Part shown: piece after piece, positions 43,730 through 56,162 of the stretch | How positions within the stretch are numbered: the stretch's first letter is position 1 | Layout: every line of letters starts with the position of its first letter | NCBI GenBank assembly: GCA_030141605.1 | Contig: JAQGDQ010002390.1 | Coordinates: 1 to 64,000, forward strand | Source of the DNA: Tubiluchus corallicola | Lineage: Eukaryota; Animalia; Priapulida | Direction: 5' to 3' | Length of the DNA stretch: 64,000 nucleotides | Program-made: the position numbers and the translations under genes | The notes under the pieces: model-generated | What the model saw: only the letters and a program-made list of their open reading frames with translations | Database searches by the model: none | Told to the model about the DNA's origin: nothing

Positions 43730-45236
43730 CTACGTATCTTTCTTACTCTTACGCGCGACCCTCTTACGATCATGATACGATAAAAGACGCTTGCGCACCC
43801 GAAGATGACGCGGCGTAACTTCCAGAATTTCCCCTTCGGCGATCCATGAAATCGCGTCCTCTATAGAAAGACGAATCGGAGGCGTCAACCGTACATTCTC
43901 ATCAGATCCAGCAGCGCGAATATTCGTCAATTGCTTTGTCTTACACGGATTAACCTCTAAATCCTGCCGGCGGCTGTTCTCCCCAATGATCATCCCCTCG
44001 TAAACAGATTCACCAGAAGAAATAAACAATTTACCACGCTCCTCTAAATTCCATAAAGCCCACGCGACAGAAGTCCCCGCTACATTGGAAACCAAAGCCC
44101 CATTACGGCGACCGGCTATCTCCCCTTTCCAAGCTTCATACCCCTCAAAAAGACGCGACATAATACCCGTACCCCGACTCTCCGTCAAAAAGATACCGTT
44201 ATACCCAATTAATCCTCGAGACGGAACAATAAAAACTAAACGCTGCCGCTCTTCTCCCGCTGTCCTCATCTCCATTAAACGGGCCTTGCGTAAGCTTAAA
44301 CTCTCCATCACAGTTCCCGCGTACGCCTCGTCAACATCAACAACAAGCTGCTCAACAGGCTCCAAAACTTTCCCATCATCCGCCTTTTTCAACACAACAC
44401 GCGGACGACCAACACAAAATTCATACCCCTCACGACGCATGGTCTCTATCAATACGGAAAACTGAAGCTCACCACGCCCTGAAACCTCAAACACATCACT
44501 GCTCTCCGTCTCCATAACCTTTATAGAGACATTGCCTTCCTGCTCACGAAAAAGACGCTCCCGAATAACACGTGACGTCAATCGCTTACCATCCCGCCCC
44601 GCCAGTGGCGAATCATTCACCATGAAACTCATCGATAAAACCGGTGGAGAAACCGGCGCCGCTGATAAAGAAGACGAAGCCGATAAACAGCAAATCGTAT
44701 CCGCGACCGTCGCTTTGCTAAAGCCGGATAAAGCGATAATATCCCCCGCGACAGCCGAATCCGCCTCCGGGCGCTCCAGCCCATAAAACGTCATGAGTTT
44801 CGTAATACGCGCCCGCTCAATCTCTTCCCCGCGATAATTCAATGCCTTTAAAGTCGAAAGACCATCAAGACGTCCAGAAGCGACACGACCCGTCAAAACA
44901 CGTCCCACAAACGGATCATACTCCAGCGACGTCACCAGCATCTTAAACGCTTCCTCGCGCGCATCCACAAGCGGCCCTGGAACATGATCAACAATATAAT
45001 CCAGCAAACCACTCAGCGAAGAGCCCTTAACAGACGCGTCCAAAGACGCCCACCCTTCACGAGCCGACGCATAAAAAACCTGAAAATCCAGCTGCTCATC
45101 CGACGCGTCCAAAGCCGCGAAAAGATCAAAAACCTCCTCGTGAATCTCCTCGCCCCGGCTATCCAAACGATCCACCTTGTTAATAATAACAACAGGGCAT
45201 ATCCCCTTCTTTAAAGCAAGAGACGTCACAAAACGA

Positions 45237-45268
<32 letters not shown>

Positions 45269-45556
45269 CAGCAGCAAAACACCATCAGCCATATCGATAA
45301 TACGCTCGACCTCGCCACCAAAATCCGCGTGACCCGGCGTGTCAACAATATTGATCTTTACATCACGCCAAAATAATGAGGTGCATTTCGACAAAATTGT
45401 AATGCCTCGCTCCCGCTCAAGATCATAGCTATCCATCGCTCGCTCGGAGACCTGGCTGTTCTCCCGAAAAACACCGCTCTGCCGCAACAGCACGTCAACT
45501 AATGTCGTCTTCCCATGATCTACATGAGCAATAATCGCTATATTCCGCAATAACAC
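43730..45556 (-). CDS. typA: Translational GTPase TypA/BipA
   Basis: [48 protein letters not shown]. Start GTG 45556 (alternative TTG). Confidence 0.97.
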
Positions 45557-45611
45557 AAGTAAAACTCTCAAAAAATCTCTGAAAAATCAACCAAATCCTT
45601 AGCGATACCGC

Positions 45612-46874
45612 TTACCTGTTCATCGCTTTGAAAAAATCCTCGTTGGTCTTTGAAACAGAAAGCTTGGCAAGTAAAAACTCCATCGCGTCAACCGTGCCCA
45701 TCTGCATTAAGACACGCCGCAATACCCACATGCGCGACAAAATATCCTTGTCTACTAAAAGCTCTTCCTTGCGGGTCCCAGAACGCGTAATATCAATCGT
45801 CGGGAAAATACGCTTATCTGAAATCTTCCGATCTAAAATTAACTCCGAGTTCCCCGTTCCCTTAAATTCCTCAAAGATAACCTCATCCATACGAGATCCC
45901 GTATCAATCAGCGCCGTCGAAATAATCGTCAGCGATCCCCCCTCCTCTATATTTCGCGCCGCTCCGAAAAAACGCTTCGGACGCTGAAGAGCATGCGCAT
46001 CCACACCTCCTGTCAACACCTTGCCCGATGACGGAACAACCGTATTATAAGCCCGCGCTAAACGCGTTATAGAATCTAACAGAATAACAACATCCCGCTT
46101 ATGCTCCACAAGACGCTTCGCCTTCTCTATAACAATCTCCGCAACCTGAACATGCCGAACCGCCGGCTCGTCAAACGTCGAGCTGATCACCTCCCCATTA
46201 ACAGAACGCGCCATATCCGTCACTTCCTCGGGACGCTCGTCAATCAAAAGAACAATTAAATAACATTCCGGATGATTCGCCGTAATCGAATTCGCTATAT
46301 TCTGAAGCATCACCGTCTTACCCGTACGCGGCGGCGCCACAATCAACGCACGCTGACCCTTCCCAACAGGCGCGATTAAATCAATCACACGAGAAGTGAC
46401 ATCCTTCGCTTTCGGAGACTCCTTGGGAAGCTCCATAGTAAAACGCTCCTCAGGATATAAAGGCGTCAAATTGTCAAAATTAATCCGCTGGCGAACATTC
46501 AGCGGATCTTCAAAATTAATCGTATTCACTTTTAATAACGCAAAATAACGCTCGCCTTCTCGCGGAGCGCGAATCTCGCCCTCTACCGTATCTCCCGTGC
46601 GCAAGCCAAAAGAACGAACCTGACTCGGCGAAACATAAATATCATCCGGACCAGGAAGATAATTCGATTCAGAAGAACGCAGAAAACCAAACCCGTCCTG
46701 TAAAACCTCGATAACACCCTCTCCAAAAATTGAAACACTGTTTTCCGCCAAGCATTTCAAAATCGCAAATAACATATCTTGCTTACGTAAAATACTCGCA
46801 TTCTCAACCTCCAGCTCCTCCGCAAAAGCAAGAAGATCTGCCGGAGACTTTGCTTTAAGTTCCTTAAGATTCAT
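45612..46874 (-). CDS. rho: Transcription termination factor Rho
   Basis: [34 protein letters not shown]. Confidence 0.99.
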   Translation of the reverse strand: MNLKELKAKSPADLLAFAEELEVENASILRKQDMLFAILKCLAENSVSIFGEGVIEVLQDGFGFLRSSESNYLPGPDDIYVSPSQVRSFGLRTGDTVEGEIRAPREGERYFALLKVNTINFEDPLNVRQRINFDNLTPLYPEERFTMELPKESPKAKDVTSRVIDLIAPVGKGQRALIVAPPRTGKTVMLQNIANSITANHPECYLIVLLIDERPEEVTDMARSVNGEVISSTFDEPAVRHVQVAEIVIEKAKRLVEHKRDVVILLDSITRLARAYNTVVPSSGKVLTGGVDAHALQRPKRFFGAARNIEEGGSLTIISTALIDTGSRMDEVIFEEFKGTGNSELILDRKISDKRIFPTIDITRSGTRKEELLVDKDILSRMWVLRRVLMQMGTVDAMEFLLAKLSVSKTNEDFFKAMNR

Positions 46875-47266
46875 AGTAATTTATTCTCTGATGTTTGATT
46901 GATTAATAGATAGATAAACATATATACTCGTAAAATCGCCCCTAAAACAGACGATCAATTAATAAAATAGAATAGCAAACCTTAAAAATGAGCGCTCGCC
47001 ATATCTAAAAAATAAAAATGTGATAAACTCTAAAGAAAAAATAGAGGCCCGTAAAAGTGAATACGCTTAAAAAATTCAGCTCTACAAACTATGATTATTA
47101 AAGCATTCTCCCCCTTGTGTCAATAATTCATTACATGAAAAAAACAAAAATATAACCATACAGAAAATTAACATCGCTTCCTTTTAATTATTTTACACTC
47201 TAGAGGATTTCATAGTATATTCTTCTTATATAAGAACTCTCTACTTACAATACAAGGAGAAAAATA

Positions 47267-47596
47267 ATGACCGACCATGAACATGATTTCGAAAAAAAAA
47301 TGCGAAGCAAAGTCTTCCAAAACCTAGCACGCGTCGCAGATGATACCTTCGCCACCGCCGAAAGTATCAAAGAGGAAGTAAAAGCACTTGTGCGATACTA
47401 TACCCAAAATACCGTCAATAGCTTTGAACTCGTCCAACGCGATGAATTCGACGCCCTAAAAGCCGCTTTTATCGCGGAAAAAGAAAAAAATCAAACCCTC
47501 CTTGAACGTCTTGAGGCACTTGAGAGACATCTTGGTGAAAATCCTCCCGAAAATACCGAAAATACACAAAATATCCCGCCGCAAAACTCCCTTTAA
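47267..47596 (+). CDS. UbiK/BMFP-family accessory factor
   Basis: ELVQRDEFDALK followed by a coiled coil LERLEALE; upstream of proC. Confidence 0.75.
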   Translation: MTDHEHDFEKKMRSKVFQNLARVADDTFATAESIKEEVKALVRYYTQNTVNSFELVQRDEFDALKAAFIAEKEKNQTLLERLEALERHLGENPPENTENTQNIPPQNSL

Positions 47597-47665
47597 AACT
47601 TTCGCGGGCAATCTTCCCCAAAGCCCGCGTAAGCGCGCGCGTCGAAAAAACCAAAGGATACCCCT

Positions 47666-48511
47666 ATGAGCGATAGACAAAACCACCTCCCCATAGACGC
47701 GCCCCTTATCCTAGTTGGCTGCGGGCAGATGGGGCAAGCCCTCCTGAAAGGCTGGATCCACCAGAAAATCAACAAAAAAATTCCCATTATTATTCTAGAC
47801 CCAGCCCTAGAAAAAAATACCCCCTCTTTCCTGCAAACCGAAAATATAAGCCTCTATATCCATGAAAGTAAACTGCCCAAAACACTGAATCCTCAAGCTG
47901 TTCTCTTCGCTGTAAAACCTCAGATACTTCCTAAGATTATCCCTTTTTGGAGTCAGTATCCTATAGCAGAAAACAGACTCTTTATCTCTATCGCCGCCGG
48001 CCTCTCACTGCAATGGTTTGAAAAAGCGCTCCCCCCTCAAAGCGCGATCATCCGCACAATGCCCAATATCGCGGCCCTCTGCGCTCACAGCGTCACAGTC
48101 GCCTGCCACAATAATATGATAACCCAAAAGCAAAAAACACTCTGCGAACATCTCTTTCAAGCCTCAGGCGAACTCCTGTGGGTCGAAAACGAAACTTTCA
48201 TCAATAGCGCAACAGCTATCGCGGGAAGCGGACCCGCTTACGTTTTTCTCCTGGCAGAAGCCCTCATTCACGCCGGAGAGGCCAAAGGACTCCCCCCAGA
48301 AATCGCTAGACAATTAACACGAAAAATGATAGAAGGAGCAGGTGTACTCCTTCAGGAAACACAGCATGAGCCTGAAGCATTACGCGCCATGATAACAAGC
48401 CCAGGAGGCACAACAGAAAACGCACTTAAAACACTAAAGGAAAATGGATTTAGTAGGCTGATTGAAAAAGCCGTGCAGGCCGCCATACAAAGAGCAGAAG
48501 ACCTTCAATAA
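47666..48511 (+). CDS. proC: Pyrroline-5-carboxylate reductase
   Basis: GCGQMG, AVKPQ, ISIAAG, RTMPN, GSGPAY, TSPGGTT. Confidence 0.97.
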   Translation: MSDRQNHLPIDAPLILVGCGQMGQALLKGWIHQKINKKIPIIILDPALEKNTPSFLQTENISLYIHESKLPKTLNPQAVLFAVKPQILPKIIPFWSQYPIAENRLFISIAAGLSLQWFEKALPPQSAIIRTMPNIAALCAHSVTVACHNNMITQKQKTLCEHLFQASGELLWVENETFINSATAIAGSGPAYVFLLAEALIHAGEAKGLPPEIARQLTRKMIEGAGVLLQETQHEPEALRAMITSPGGTTENALKTLKENGFSRLIEKAVQAAIQRAEDLQ

Positions 48512-48569
48512 TATCTCAATGACTTTGTACTCTTATTTTCGGCCATCCCCCGCTGATTATACTTTACCG

Positions 48570-48599
48570 TTGCCTCAGCAAACCGACTTTCAATATAAT
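48570..48599 (+). promoter_or_regulatory. Putative sigma70 promoter of the degP-rarA-M16 operon
   Basis: TTGCCT-N18-TATAAT. Confidence 0.5.
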
Positions 48600-48635
48600 G
48601 AATAACACTACCAGCATACAGTTATGGAAAATAAG

Positions 48636-50053
48636 ATGAGACAATATAAATTTATCTATACACTTTTTATTGCCTTTTTTTAAGCCTCCTATTGTCAGGA
48701 ATCGAATACGCCACAGCAAAAAGAGTTCCCCTCAACACAGAATCTCTATCCCTTAGCTTCGCACCCGTTATTAAAAAAGTCGCCCCTTCCATCGTGAGTA
48801 TTCGCGCTCAGAGTATTGTCGAAAATCGCCAGTATGAAAGACCTTTTCAAAATCCGTTTTTTGACTTCTTCTTCAACAATGGCCCCAGAAGAAATATACC
48901 CTCCGTATCAAACGCCTTGGGCTCCGGCATTATCGTCCATAAAGACGGATGGATCATGACAAGCTACCATATTATCGAAGGAGCTACTGAAATCACAATC
49001 ATTCTCCATAACCAAAATGAATATGGCGCAACCCTCATTACCAGCGATCCGCAAACGGATCTCGCTCTGCTAAAACTCAATAACCTGAAAGAAGATCTGT
49101 CCGTAATCACTCTTGGAGATTCCGATACCCTTGAAGTCGGCGACATTGTGCTCGCCTTGGGAAACCCGTTTGGCGTCGGGCAAACCGTAACATCCGGCAT
49201 TATCTCCGCACTGGGAAGAAGCCAAATAGGGCTTTCAGACCTCAGCTTCTTTATACAAACAGATGCCTCTATCAACCCAGGGAATTCCGGCGGCGCCCTT
49301 GTAACAACCGACGGAAAACTCGCCGGCATTAATACCGCCATATACTCCAGCAGCGGAGGATCGCAAGGCGTCGGCTTTTCCATTCCTGTCAATATGGTGA
49401 AAGCTGTTTTAAATTCCTTTTTTCAATATGGAAAACTCATCCGCCCTTGGCTCGGCGTCAAAGGCGCAAGCGTAACACAGGAAGTCGCCTCCGCCCTGAA
49501 TCTCGATAGGCAACGCGGCGTCATATTAAGCAAAATCTATCCGGGCAGCGCCGCTGAAAACGCCGGCCTGAAAATCGAAGACATTATCTTTCAAGTCAAT
49601 AATTACCAAATCGCCGATATCAACGCGCTGAATTTTATCTTCGCAACCCTTCCCGCCTACGAAAAAACAACACTCCATATCTGGCGCAAGGGAACAGAAA
49701 AAACCATAACCACTCCCCTTACACCCGCTCCTGAAAATCCTAAACGCGACAGCCGGCTGCTGACCGGAAAACATCTCTTTAACAATATTGAAATCGCGAA
49801 CCTCTCACCAGCCCTCGCTCTGGAGCTGCGGCTCTCTCCGGAAAAATCCGGCGTCGTCATTACAAAGATCACCAATAGTACAATGAAGCAATACGGGCTC
49901 TCCCCGAAAGATATCATCCTGAAAATAAACGAACATGATATAACAACAACACAGCAAATGGAATCCCTCCTGAAAACTCTCCCAAAAAGCACAAAACAAT
50001 GGAAAATTCTTTTGCAAAGAGATGAAAAAAAATATACACTTAACCTATGGTAG
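48636..50053 (+). CDS. DegP/DegQ (HtrA) serine protease with two PDZ domains; frameshift in the signal peptide as sequenced
   Basis: LGSGII, TSYHII, TDLAL, QTDASINPGNSGG. ATG 48636 opens a signal peptide that stops at TAA 48681 after a T7 run; the main ORF continues from TTG 48692 in another frame. Confidence 0.9.
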
Positions 50054-51342
50054 AAACTCTTTTCACCCCTAAAGAAAATGCCCCCCTCGCTGACAGAATG
50101 CGCCCAACATGCCTGCGTAATATCGTTGGGCAAGAGCATCTTTTAGGACCTTCGGGCATCCTCACAAAAATGAAAAACGCCAACCATATGCACTCCCTCA
50201 TTCTCTGGGGACCCCCAGGAAGCGGAAAAACAACAATCGCACGCCTGCTCGCCAACACATGTGGATTGCATTTTCAACCTCTCTCCGCCGTCCTGTCCGG
50301 CGTTACAGAACTCAAACAGCATTTCAACAACGCCCATACACGACAGCAAAACGGCATTAAAACTCTCCTCTTTATCGATGAAATACACCGCTTTAATCGA
50401 AGCCAACAGGACTGCCTTCTCCCTAATGTCGAAAACGGAACCGTCACTCTCATCGGCGCGACAACCGAAAATCCTTCCTTCGCCCTTAATAACGCCCTAC
50501 TATCTAGATGCCAGACTCTTCCTCTTTTCCCACTGGAGAAAAAAGCGCTGGAAACCCTCCTTCTACGCGCTGAGCATATCTTCCAAAAAACATTTCCCCT
50601 CACTGAACAAGCGCGCGAAACCCTCTTGAATATGGCCGACGGTGATGGGCGATATCTTCTCAATATGGTCGAAATCATTGCTCATGAACCCAACGAAAAA
50701 CACATCACCCCCGAGCAACTCGTCTCCCTTGTGCAAAAACGCGCCCCCCTCTACGATAAAGGGCAAGATAACCATTATAACCTGATCAGCGCACTGCATA
50801 AATCCTTGCGCGCTTCCGACGTCAACGCCGCACTCTACTGGTTCGCACGAATGGTAGAAGGCGGAGAAGATATGAACTATATCGCACGCCGACTCGTCCG
50901 CTTCGCCTCAGAAGATATCGGTATGGCAGACCCACAAGCCATGCCACAAACCATCGCCGCATGGCAAAGCTTCGAACGACTCGGAAGCCCAGAAGGAAAC
51001 CTCAGCATCATACAAGCCATCGTTTATCTCGCAACAGCACCAAAATCCAACAGCCTCTATCTGGCAGAAAAAAACGCAAAAAAAATCGCACAGGAAAACG
51101 GCGCCCTCATGCCACCCAAAAATATCCTCAACGCACCAACAAAACTCATGAAATCTATGGAATACGGAAAAAATTATATCTATGAACATAATACAGATAC
51201 AGCCTATAGCGGGCAAAACTGCCTCCCCGAAACCCTCTCGAAAATATCTCTCTATACACCCAAAGAGCGCGGCTTCGAAAGAGAAATTACAAAACGACTC
51301 CACTATTGGAAATCTCTTAAAAACCGCTCAATAAACCAATGA
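50047..51342 (+). CDS. rarA: Replication-associated recombination protein A (RarA/MgsA)
   Basis: PLADRMRP, WGPPGSGKTT, FIDEIHRFN, GATTENPSF, ISALHKS, SEDIGMADP. Confidence 0.97.
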   Translation: MVETLFTPKENAPLADRMRPTCLRNIVGQEHLLGPSGILTKMKNANHMHSLILWGPPGSGKTTIARLLANTCGLHFQPLSAVLSGVTELKQHFNNAHTRQQNGIKTLLFIDEIHRFNRSQQDCLLPNVENGTVTLIGATTENPSFALNNALLSRCQTLPLFPLEKKALETLLLRAEHIFQKTFPLTEQARETLLNMADGDGRYLLNMVEIIAHEPNEKHITPEQLVSLVQKRAPLYDKGQDNHYNLISALHKSLRASDVNAALYWFARMVEGGEDMNYIARRLVRFASEDIGMADPQAMPQTIAAWQSFERLGSPEGNLSIIQAIVYLATAPKSNSLYLAEKNAKKIAQENGALMPPKNILNAPTKLMKSMEYGKNYIYEHNTDTAYSGQNCLPETLSKISLYTPKERGFEREITKRLHYWKSLKNRSINQ

Positions 51343-52688
51343 ATGGAAAAACTATGAATGCTTTCCCTCTAAAACACTTCTTCATAATCAGCTTCTTACT
51401 CCTTGCCTCGGCAACAACCCTCCATGCCATGGATATACAAGAATTTGAAACCCCCATGGGATTTAAAGTCTGGCTTGTTGAAGACCATACCAACCCCCTC
51501 ATCGCCCTCTCTATACGATCCCGCGGCGGAATCGCATACGACCCAACAGGAAAAAATGGCCTCAATAAACTGCTCGCCGCAATGATCAATGAAGGCGCAG
51601 GAGACATGAACGCAAAAGCCTTCCAGCAAATCCTTGAAGACCTCTCTATAAGATTCTATGCACATGCAGGAACAGAAAGCTTCTCCCTCTCTCTCATGAC
51701 CCTGCAGGACCGAAAGGAAAAAGCCTTTGAACTCCTTAGACTCGCCTTAACACAACCCCGCTTTGACCTCGACGCCATCAAACGCATGCAACAACTCCTC
51801 ATCGCTAGCGAACGTATTGAAAAAGAACGACCCTCAACAATCGCTTATGATAAATTCCTCATGGAATTCTATAAAAACCACCCATACAGATCCCCTGCGC
51901 TCAGTATACAGGAAACCATAACAACCATAACACCAGAAGACCTCCGAAATATGGCAAACGCCATCTTCACAAAAAATAACCTCTTTATAGGAATCAGCGG
52001 CGCAATCTCTAAAGAAGAAACCATAACCCTCATCGATAAAACATTTAAAGACCTACAGGAAAAAACACCCCTCCCAGATATTAAACCCCCAAAAGATCGA
52101 TTCGAAGGCCAGAAATTTCTCATCGACCACCCTTCACCACAAGCCACAATCCTTACAATATTACCCGTATCCAATATCAAAGACGACGACTTCTATACCG
52201 CATGGCTCATGACACAAATAATCGGCGGACACTCCATGCTCTCCATACTCGGTGACGAAATCAGAGAAAAAAGAGGACTCGCATACTCCATATACTCATA
52301 CATACACGCCTTGAAGAAAAGCTCCCTCATGGTGACACAAACCGGAACCGATATACAAAAAGCACTAGAAACACTCGATATATGGCAATGGTCCCTAGAA
52401 CAAACACAAAAAAATGGCGTCAAAGAACAACAACTCCGCGATATTAAAAAATGGGCAGTCGGAAACTGGGCCCTCCAATTCGATTCAACAAACACAATCG
52501 CAGAGTGGCTCTCCTCCTGGCAATACGATGGATACGACAAAGAATGGATCGCAAACCGAAATATTCATATCCAGAATATAACCATAGAAGACATGAACAA
52601 AACGATCCAAGCCTATATAAAACCCAAAAAAGCAATCACCGTCATCGTCGGTCAAAACGTAAGCCAAACCTTCAAGGAGGATAAATAA
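51339..52688 (+). CDS. M16 family peptidase-like protein, non-catalytic subunit
   Basis: Signal peptide, VWLVEDHTNP, EIREKRGLAYS; HxxEH motif absent. Confidence 0.88.
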   Translation: MNGKTMNAFPLKHFFIISFLLLASATTLHAMDIQEFETPMGFKVWLVEDHTNPLIALSIRSRGGIAYDPTGKNGLNKLLAAMINEGAGDMNAKAFQQILEDLSIRFYAHAGTESFSLSLMTLQDRKEKAFELLRLALTQPRFDLDAIKRMQQLLIASERIEKERPSTIAYDKFLMEFYKNHPYRSPALSIQETITTITPEDLRNMANAIFTKNNLFIGISGAISKEETITLIDKTFKDLQEKTPLPDIKPPKDRFEGQKFLIDHPSPQATILTILPVSNIKDDDFYTAWLMTQIIGGHSMLSILGDEIREKRGLAYSIYSYIHALKKSSLMVTQTGTDIQKALETLDIWQWSLEQTQKNGVKEQQLRDIKKWAVGNWALQFDSTNTIAEWLSSWQYDGYDKEWIANRNIHIQNITIEDMNKTIQAYIKPKKAITVIVGQNVSQTFKEDK

Positions 52689-52816
52689 CCTTCTAAAAAA
52701 AATTGAAATTGAAAATAATTTTCTCTATGATTGGCTAAAAAGGTCTTTTATACCGCCTTTCACCACATGTAAACCACACAAAATAACCGAATTGTAAAGG
52801 ATTTTGAAAACTCAAA

Positions 52817-53272
52817 ATGAAAATATTACCCCATAGCGTAAAAATATTCCTTATCCTCACGACACTTCCCATAATAGCGTCATGCAGCAATAAAATCGCG
52901 CAAAATTCTATTCATGGGCAGATTATAGACCCCGACACCCTAGACGAAATCATCATCGGTCAACATACACAACATGATATTTTAAAACTGATGGGAACAC
53001 CAACAACAGTATCAAACTTTGAAGAGCCCATATGGTACTATTTCGGCGAAAAAACAAAAACCGTCGCTTTCTTCTCTCCCAGTACCACTCATCGGAAAAT
53101 CGTAACCATCATCTTCAATCATAACGGCTTTGTCTCTGACGTTACCGTTACAGGACTCGAAAAAGCGAGAAACGATATCCCCCTTAACAAAAATGAAACG
53201 CCCACCCTCGGAAATACACCCAGCATAAGCGACCAGCTTATCAAAAATATCGGGCGATTCGAAGACTATTAA
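52817..53272 (+). CDS. bamE: Outer membrane protein assembly factor BamE (lipoprotein)
   Basis: Lipobox IASC, LMGTPT, WYY motif, C-terminal NIGRF typical of alphaproteobacterial BamE/OmlA. Confidence 0.9.
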   Translation: MKILPHSVKIFLILTTLPIIASCSNKIAQNSIHGQIIDPDTLDEIIIGQHTQHDILKLMGTPTTVSNFEEPIWYYFGEKTKTVAFFSPSTTHRKIVTIIFNHNGFVSDVTVTGLEKARNDIPLNKNETPTLGNTPSISDQLIKNIGRFEDY

Positions 53273-53361
53273 CCGGCTCATCAAAAAAATATATCCGCAA
53301 ACGCCAGAGCTTCTACACGTGGATATACACACCGCCTTTAAGAAAATATACCAGATAACCC

Positions 53362-54828
53362 CTACTGCCGATAGTTTGAGGTTTCCTTTGTGACTGTGAT
53401 ATCATGGACATGGCTTTCCTGAAGACCCGCGTTCGTAATCTTCCGAAAACGACAACCTGTCTGCATCTTCTCAATAGTCGCATTGCCCGTATATCCCATC
53501 GCGGAACGCAAGCCGCCACAAAGCTGATATAACACATCATGAACCGATCCTTTATACGGAACACGCCCCTCAACCCCTTCTGGGACAAATTTCTCATTGG
53601 CCCCCTTGTCATCCTGCATATAACGATCCGCCGACCCTTTCGACATCGCGCCCGCCGATCCCATGCCGCGATAAGACTTATATGTCCGCCCCTCATAGGA
53701 AAAAATCTTCCCAGGCGATTCATCTGTCCCCGCAAACAAAGACCCTATCATCACACAAGACGCACCCGCCGCGATGGCCTTTGAAACATCTCCGGAATAT
53801 TTAATCCCTCCATCCGCAATCACAGGAATCCCTCTCTTCCGACAGTAAAAAACCGTCTCTAATACCGCCGATAACTGCGGAATACCAACACCCGCAATGA
53901 TTCGAGTCGTGCAGATAGACCCCGGGCCAATACCAACCTTCACAGCATCAGCGCCCGCCTCTATCAACGCTTCAGCAGCAGCCGCCGTCGCAATATTTCC
54001 CGCAACAATATCAATACGCGGATACGATAAACGCAACGCCTGCACAATATCCAAAACACCCTGCGAATGACCATGCGCCGTATCAATAAAAATTACATCC
54101 GCCCCTTCACGCAATAACGCCTCTGCCCGCTTGTACGATTCAGTCGCCGTGCCAATCGCCGCCCCGACCCGTAAACGCCCATGCTCATCACGACACGCGT
54201 GCGGAAAATTCCTCTCCCTCTCTAAGTCTTTCGCCGTTATTAACCCTAAACAACAAAAATTATCATCGACAATCAAAAGCTTCTCTATACGATGACGGCC
54301 CAAAAGATCCACAATCTCATCACGCGTAACATCCGGCGAAACCGTCACAAGCGGCCGATCAGACTCATGCTTTGTCATAACTGCCGAAACTAAAAGAGAC
54401 TCATCCTGCACAAAACGAATGTCCCTACCCGTCACAATCCCAATAAGACGACGATCCTCCTGCACAACAGGAAAAGAAGAAAAATGATGCGCCGACGCCA
54501 TCCGCTTAATCTCACCAACTGTCTGATCCGGAGACACAAAAAGAGCCTCGTAAACGCGCCCCGCCTCATAACGTTTGACACGACGAACATGTAAAGCCTG
54601 CTCCTCTATCGTCATATTCTTGTGAATAACACCCATCCCACCATTTTGCGCCATGGAAATCGCCATCTGGTATTCCGTAACCGTATCCATCGCCGCCGAC
54701 AAAAAAGGAACCGATAAGTTTATCGCCTTCGTTAAACTTGTCTTTAAACAAACCTGAGACGGAATAACCGCCGAATAAGACGGCTCCAGCAAAATATCAT
54801 CAAACGCTAATGATTCTTGAATTTTCAT
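53362..54828 (-). CDS. guaB: IMP dehydrogenase
   Basis: [12 protein letters not shown] pair, [37 protein letters not shown]. Confidence 0.98.
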   Translation of the reverse strand: MKIQESLAFDDILLEPSYSAVIPSQVCLKTSLTKAINLSVPFLSAAMDTVTEYQMAISMAQNGGMGVIHKNMTIEEQALHVRRVKRYEAGRVYEALFVSPDQTVGEIKRMASAHHFSSFPVVQEDRRLIGIVTGRDIRFVQDESLLVSAVMTKHESDRPLVTVSPDVTRDEIVDLLGRHRIEKLLIVDDNFCCLGLITAKDLERERNFPHACRDEHGRLRVGAAIGTATESYKRAEALLREGADVIFIDTAHGHSQGVLDIVQALRLSYPRIDIVAGNIATAAAAEALIEAGADAVKVGIGPGSICTTRIIAGVGIPQLSAVLETVFYCRKRGIPVIADGGIKYSGDVSKAIAAGASCVMIGSLFAGTDESPGKIFSYEGRTYKSYRGMGSAGAMSKGSADRYMQDDKGANEKFVPEGVEGRVPYKGSVHDVLYQLCGGLRSAMGYTGNATIEKMQTGCRFRKITNAGLQESHVHDITVTKETSNYRQ

Positions 54829-54848
54829 TTTTTCCTATACTCCTTTAA

Positions 54849-56096
54849 TCAACAGCCAATATCCTCACGGAAATACATCGACTCAAAATAAACCCGCTTT
54901 AAATTATCATAAACAGAATCCTTCGCAGACCGCAACGTACTCCCCGTAGAAACAAGATTTAAAACACGTCCCCCAGACGTCACAAGATGCCCCCGCTCCT
55001 CTCGCGCTCCCGCTATAAAAACATCCGCACCAGAAACAGAATCCACCCCTAAAATACGCTTCCCTACCTCATACGAACCAGGATACCCCCCAGAAGAAGC
55101 AACAACACAACAGGAAAAACCAGAACGCCACCGTAAATCAAATGACGATAAACGAAGCTCCATCGACGCTTCAACAACATCAAGAAAATCACTCTCCATT
55201 AACGGCAATACAGCCTGAGTCTCCGGATCACCCATCCGCATATTATACTCCAATAAATAAACACCCCGACTCGTTATCATCAAACCAAAAAAAACAACCC
55301 CTGAAAAATCAAACCCCTCTGCCTTTATACCCGCTAATGTCGGTGATAAAATATTATCCATAAAATCAAGCCAGACAGACTCCGTCACAAACGGATTGGG
55401 AACAATAACACCCATCCCACCCGTGTTAAGACCCGTCTCCCCAACACCAATTTTCTTATGATCCTTCGCCGACAAAAAAGGAAGAATAACACGCGAATCC
55501 GTCACAGAAAGAACCGACGCCTCATAACCTTCCAGATACTCCTCTATAAGAACGTGCTTCCCCGCCTCCTGAAAGACACCTCTCTCCATCATATCCAAAA
55601 CCGCCAAAGAAGCCTCCTGCTGCGAGGCGCAAATCAAAACACCCTTGCCAGCCGCTAATCCATCCGCCTTGATAACAACAGGATAAGAAACCTCCTCTAA
55701 ATACGCCAAAGCACACGCCTTATCAGAAAAACTCTCAGAACGCGCCGAGCGAATGCCATACTTGCGCATAAATGTCTTCGCGTAAATTTTGCTCCCCTCA
55801 AGCAGCGCGGCACGCCTGTCAGGACCAAATATACGTAGCCCCCGCTCGCGAAAACTATCCACAATCCCCGCGACCAATAACTCCTCCGATCCCACAAACG
55901 TTAAATCAATACCATAAGATTGCGCAAATGAACAATAATCCTCTATTGTCCCTAAGGAAACATTCTCCCCCTTCTCAAGACGCGCCGTTCCGGCGTTGCC
56001 CGGTGAAACATAAATTTTCTGAACGAGGCGGTTCTCTGAAAACTTACACGCCAAAGCATGCTCCCGACCACCAGAACCAATAATTAAAAGCTTCAT
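54849..56096 (-). CDS. purD: Phosphoribosylamine--glycine ligase
   Basis: GSGGREHAL, LEGSK, KADGLAAGKGV, NTGGMG, GDPETQ. Confidence 0.98.
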   Translation of the reverse strand: MKLLIIGSGGREHALACKFSENRLVQKIYVSPGNAGTARLEKGENVSLGTIEDYCSFAQSYGIDLTFVGSEELLVAGIVDSFRERGLRIFGPDRRAALLEGSKIYAKTFMRKYGIRSARSESFSDKACALAYLEEVSYPVVIKADGLAAGKGVLICASQQEASLAVLDMMERGVFQEAGKHVLIEEYLEGYEASVLSVTDSRVILPFLSAKDHKKIGVGETGLNTGGMGVIVPNPFVTESVWLDFMDNILSPTLAGIKAEGFDFSGVVFFGLMITSRGVYLLEYNMRMGDPETQAVLPLMESDFLDVVEASMELRLSSFDLRWRSGFSCCVVASSGGYPGSYEVGKRILGVDSVSGADVFIAGAREERGHLVTSGGRVLNLVSTGSTLRSAKDSVYDNLKRVYFESMYFREDIGC

Positions 56097-56162
56097 TATC
56101 CCCTTCCTTTCTTTACCAATATGCCCTGAAACATATCAATAAAACAAAACTATACACCCCTC

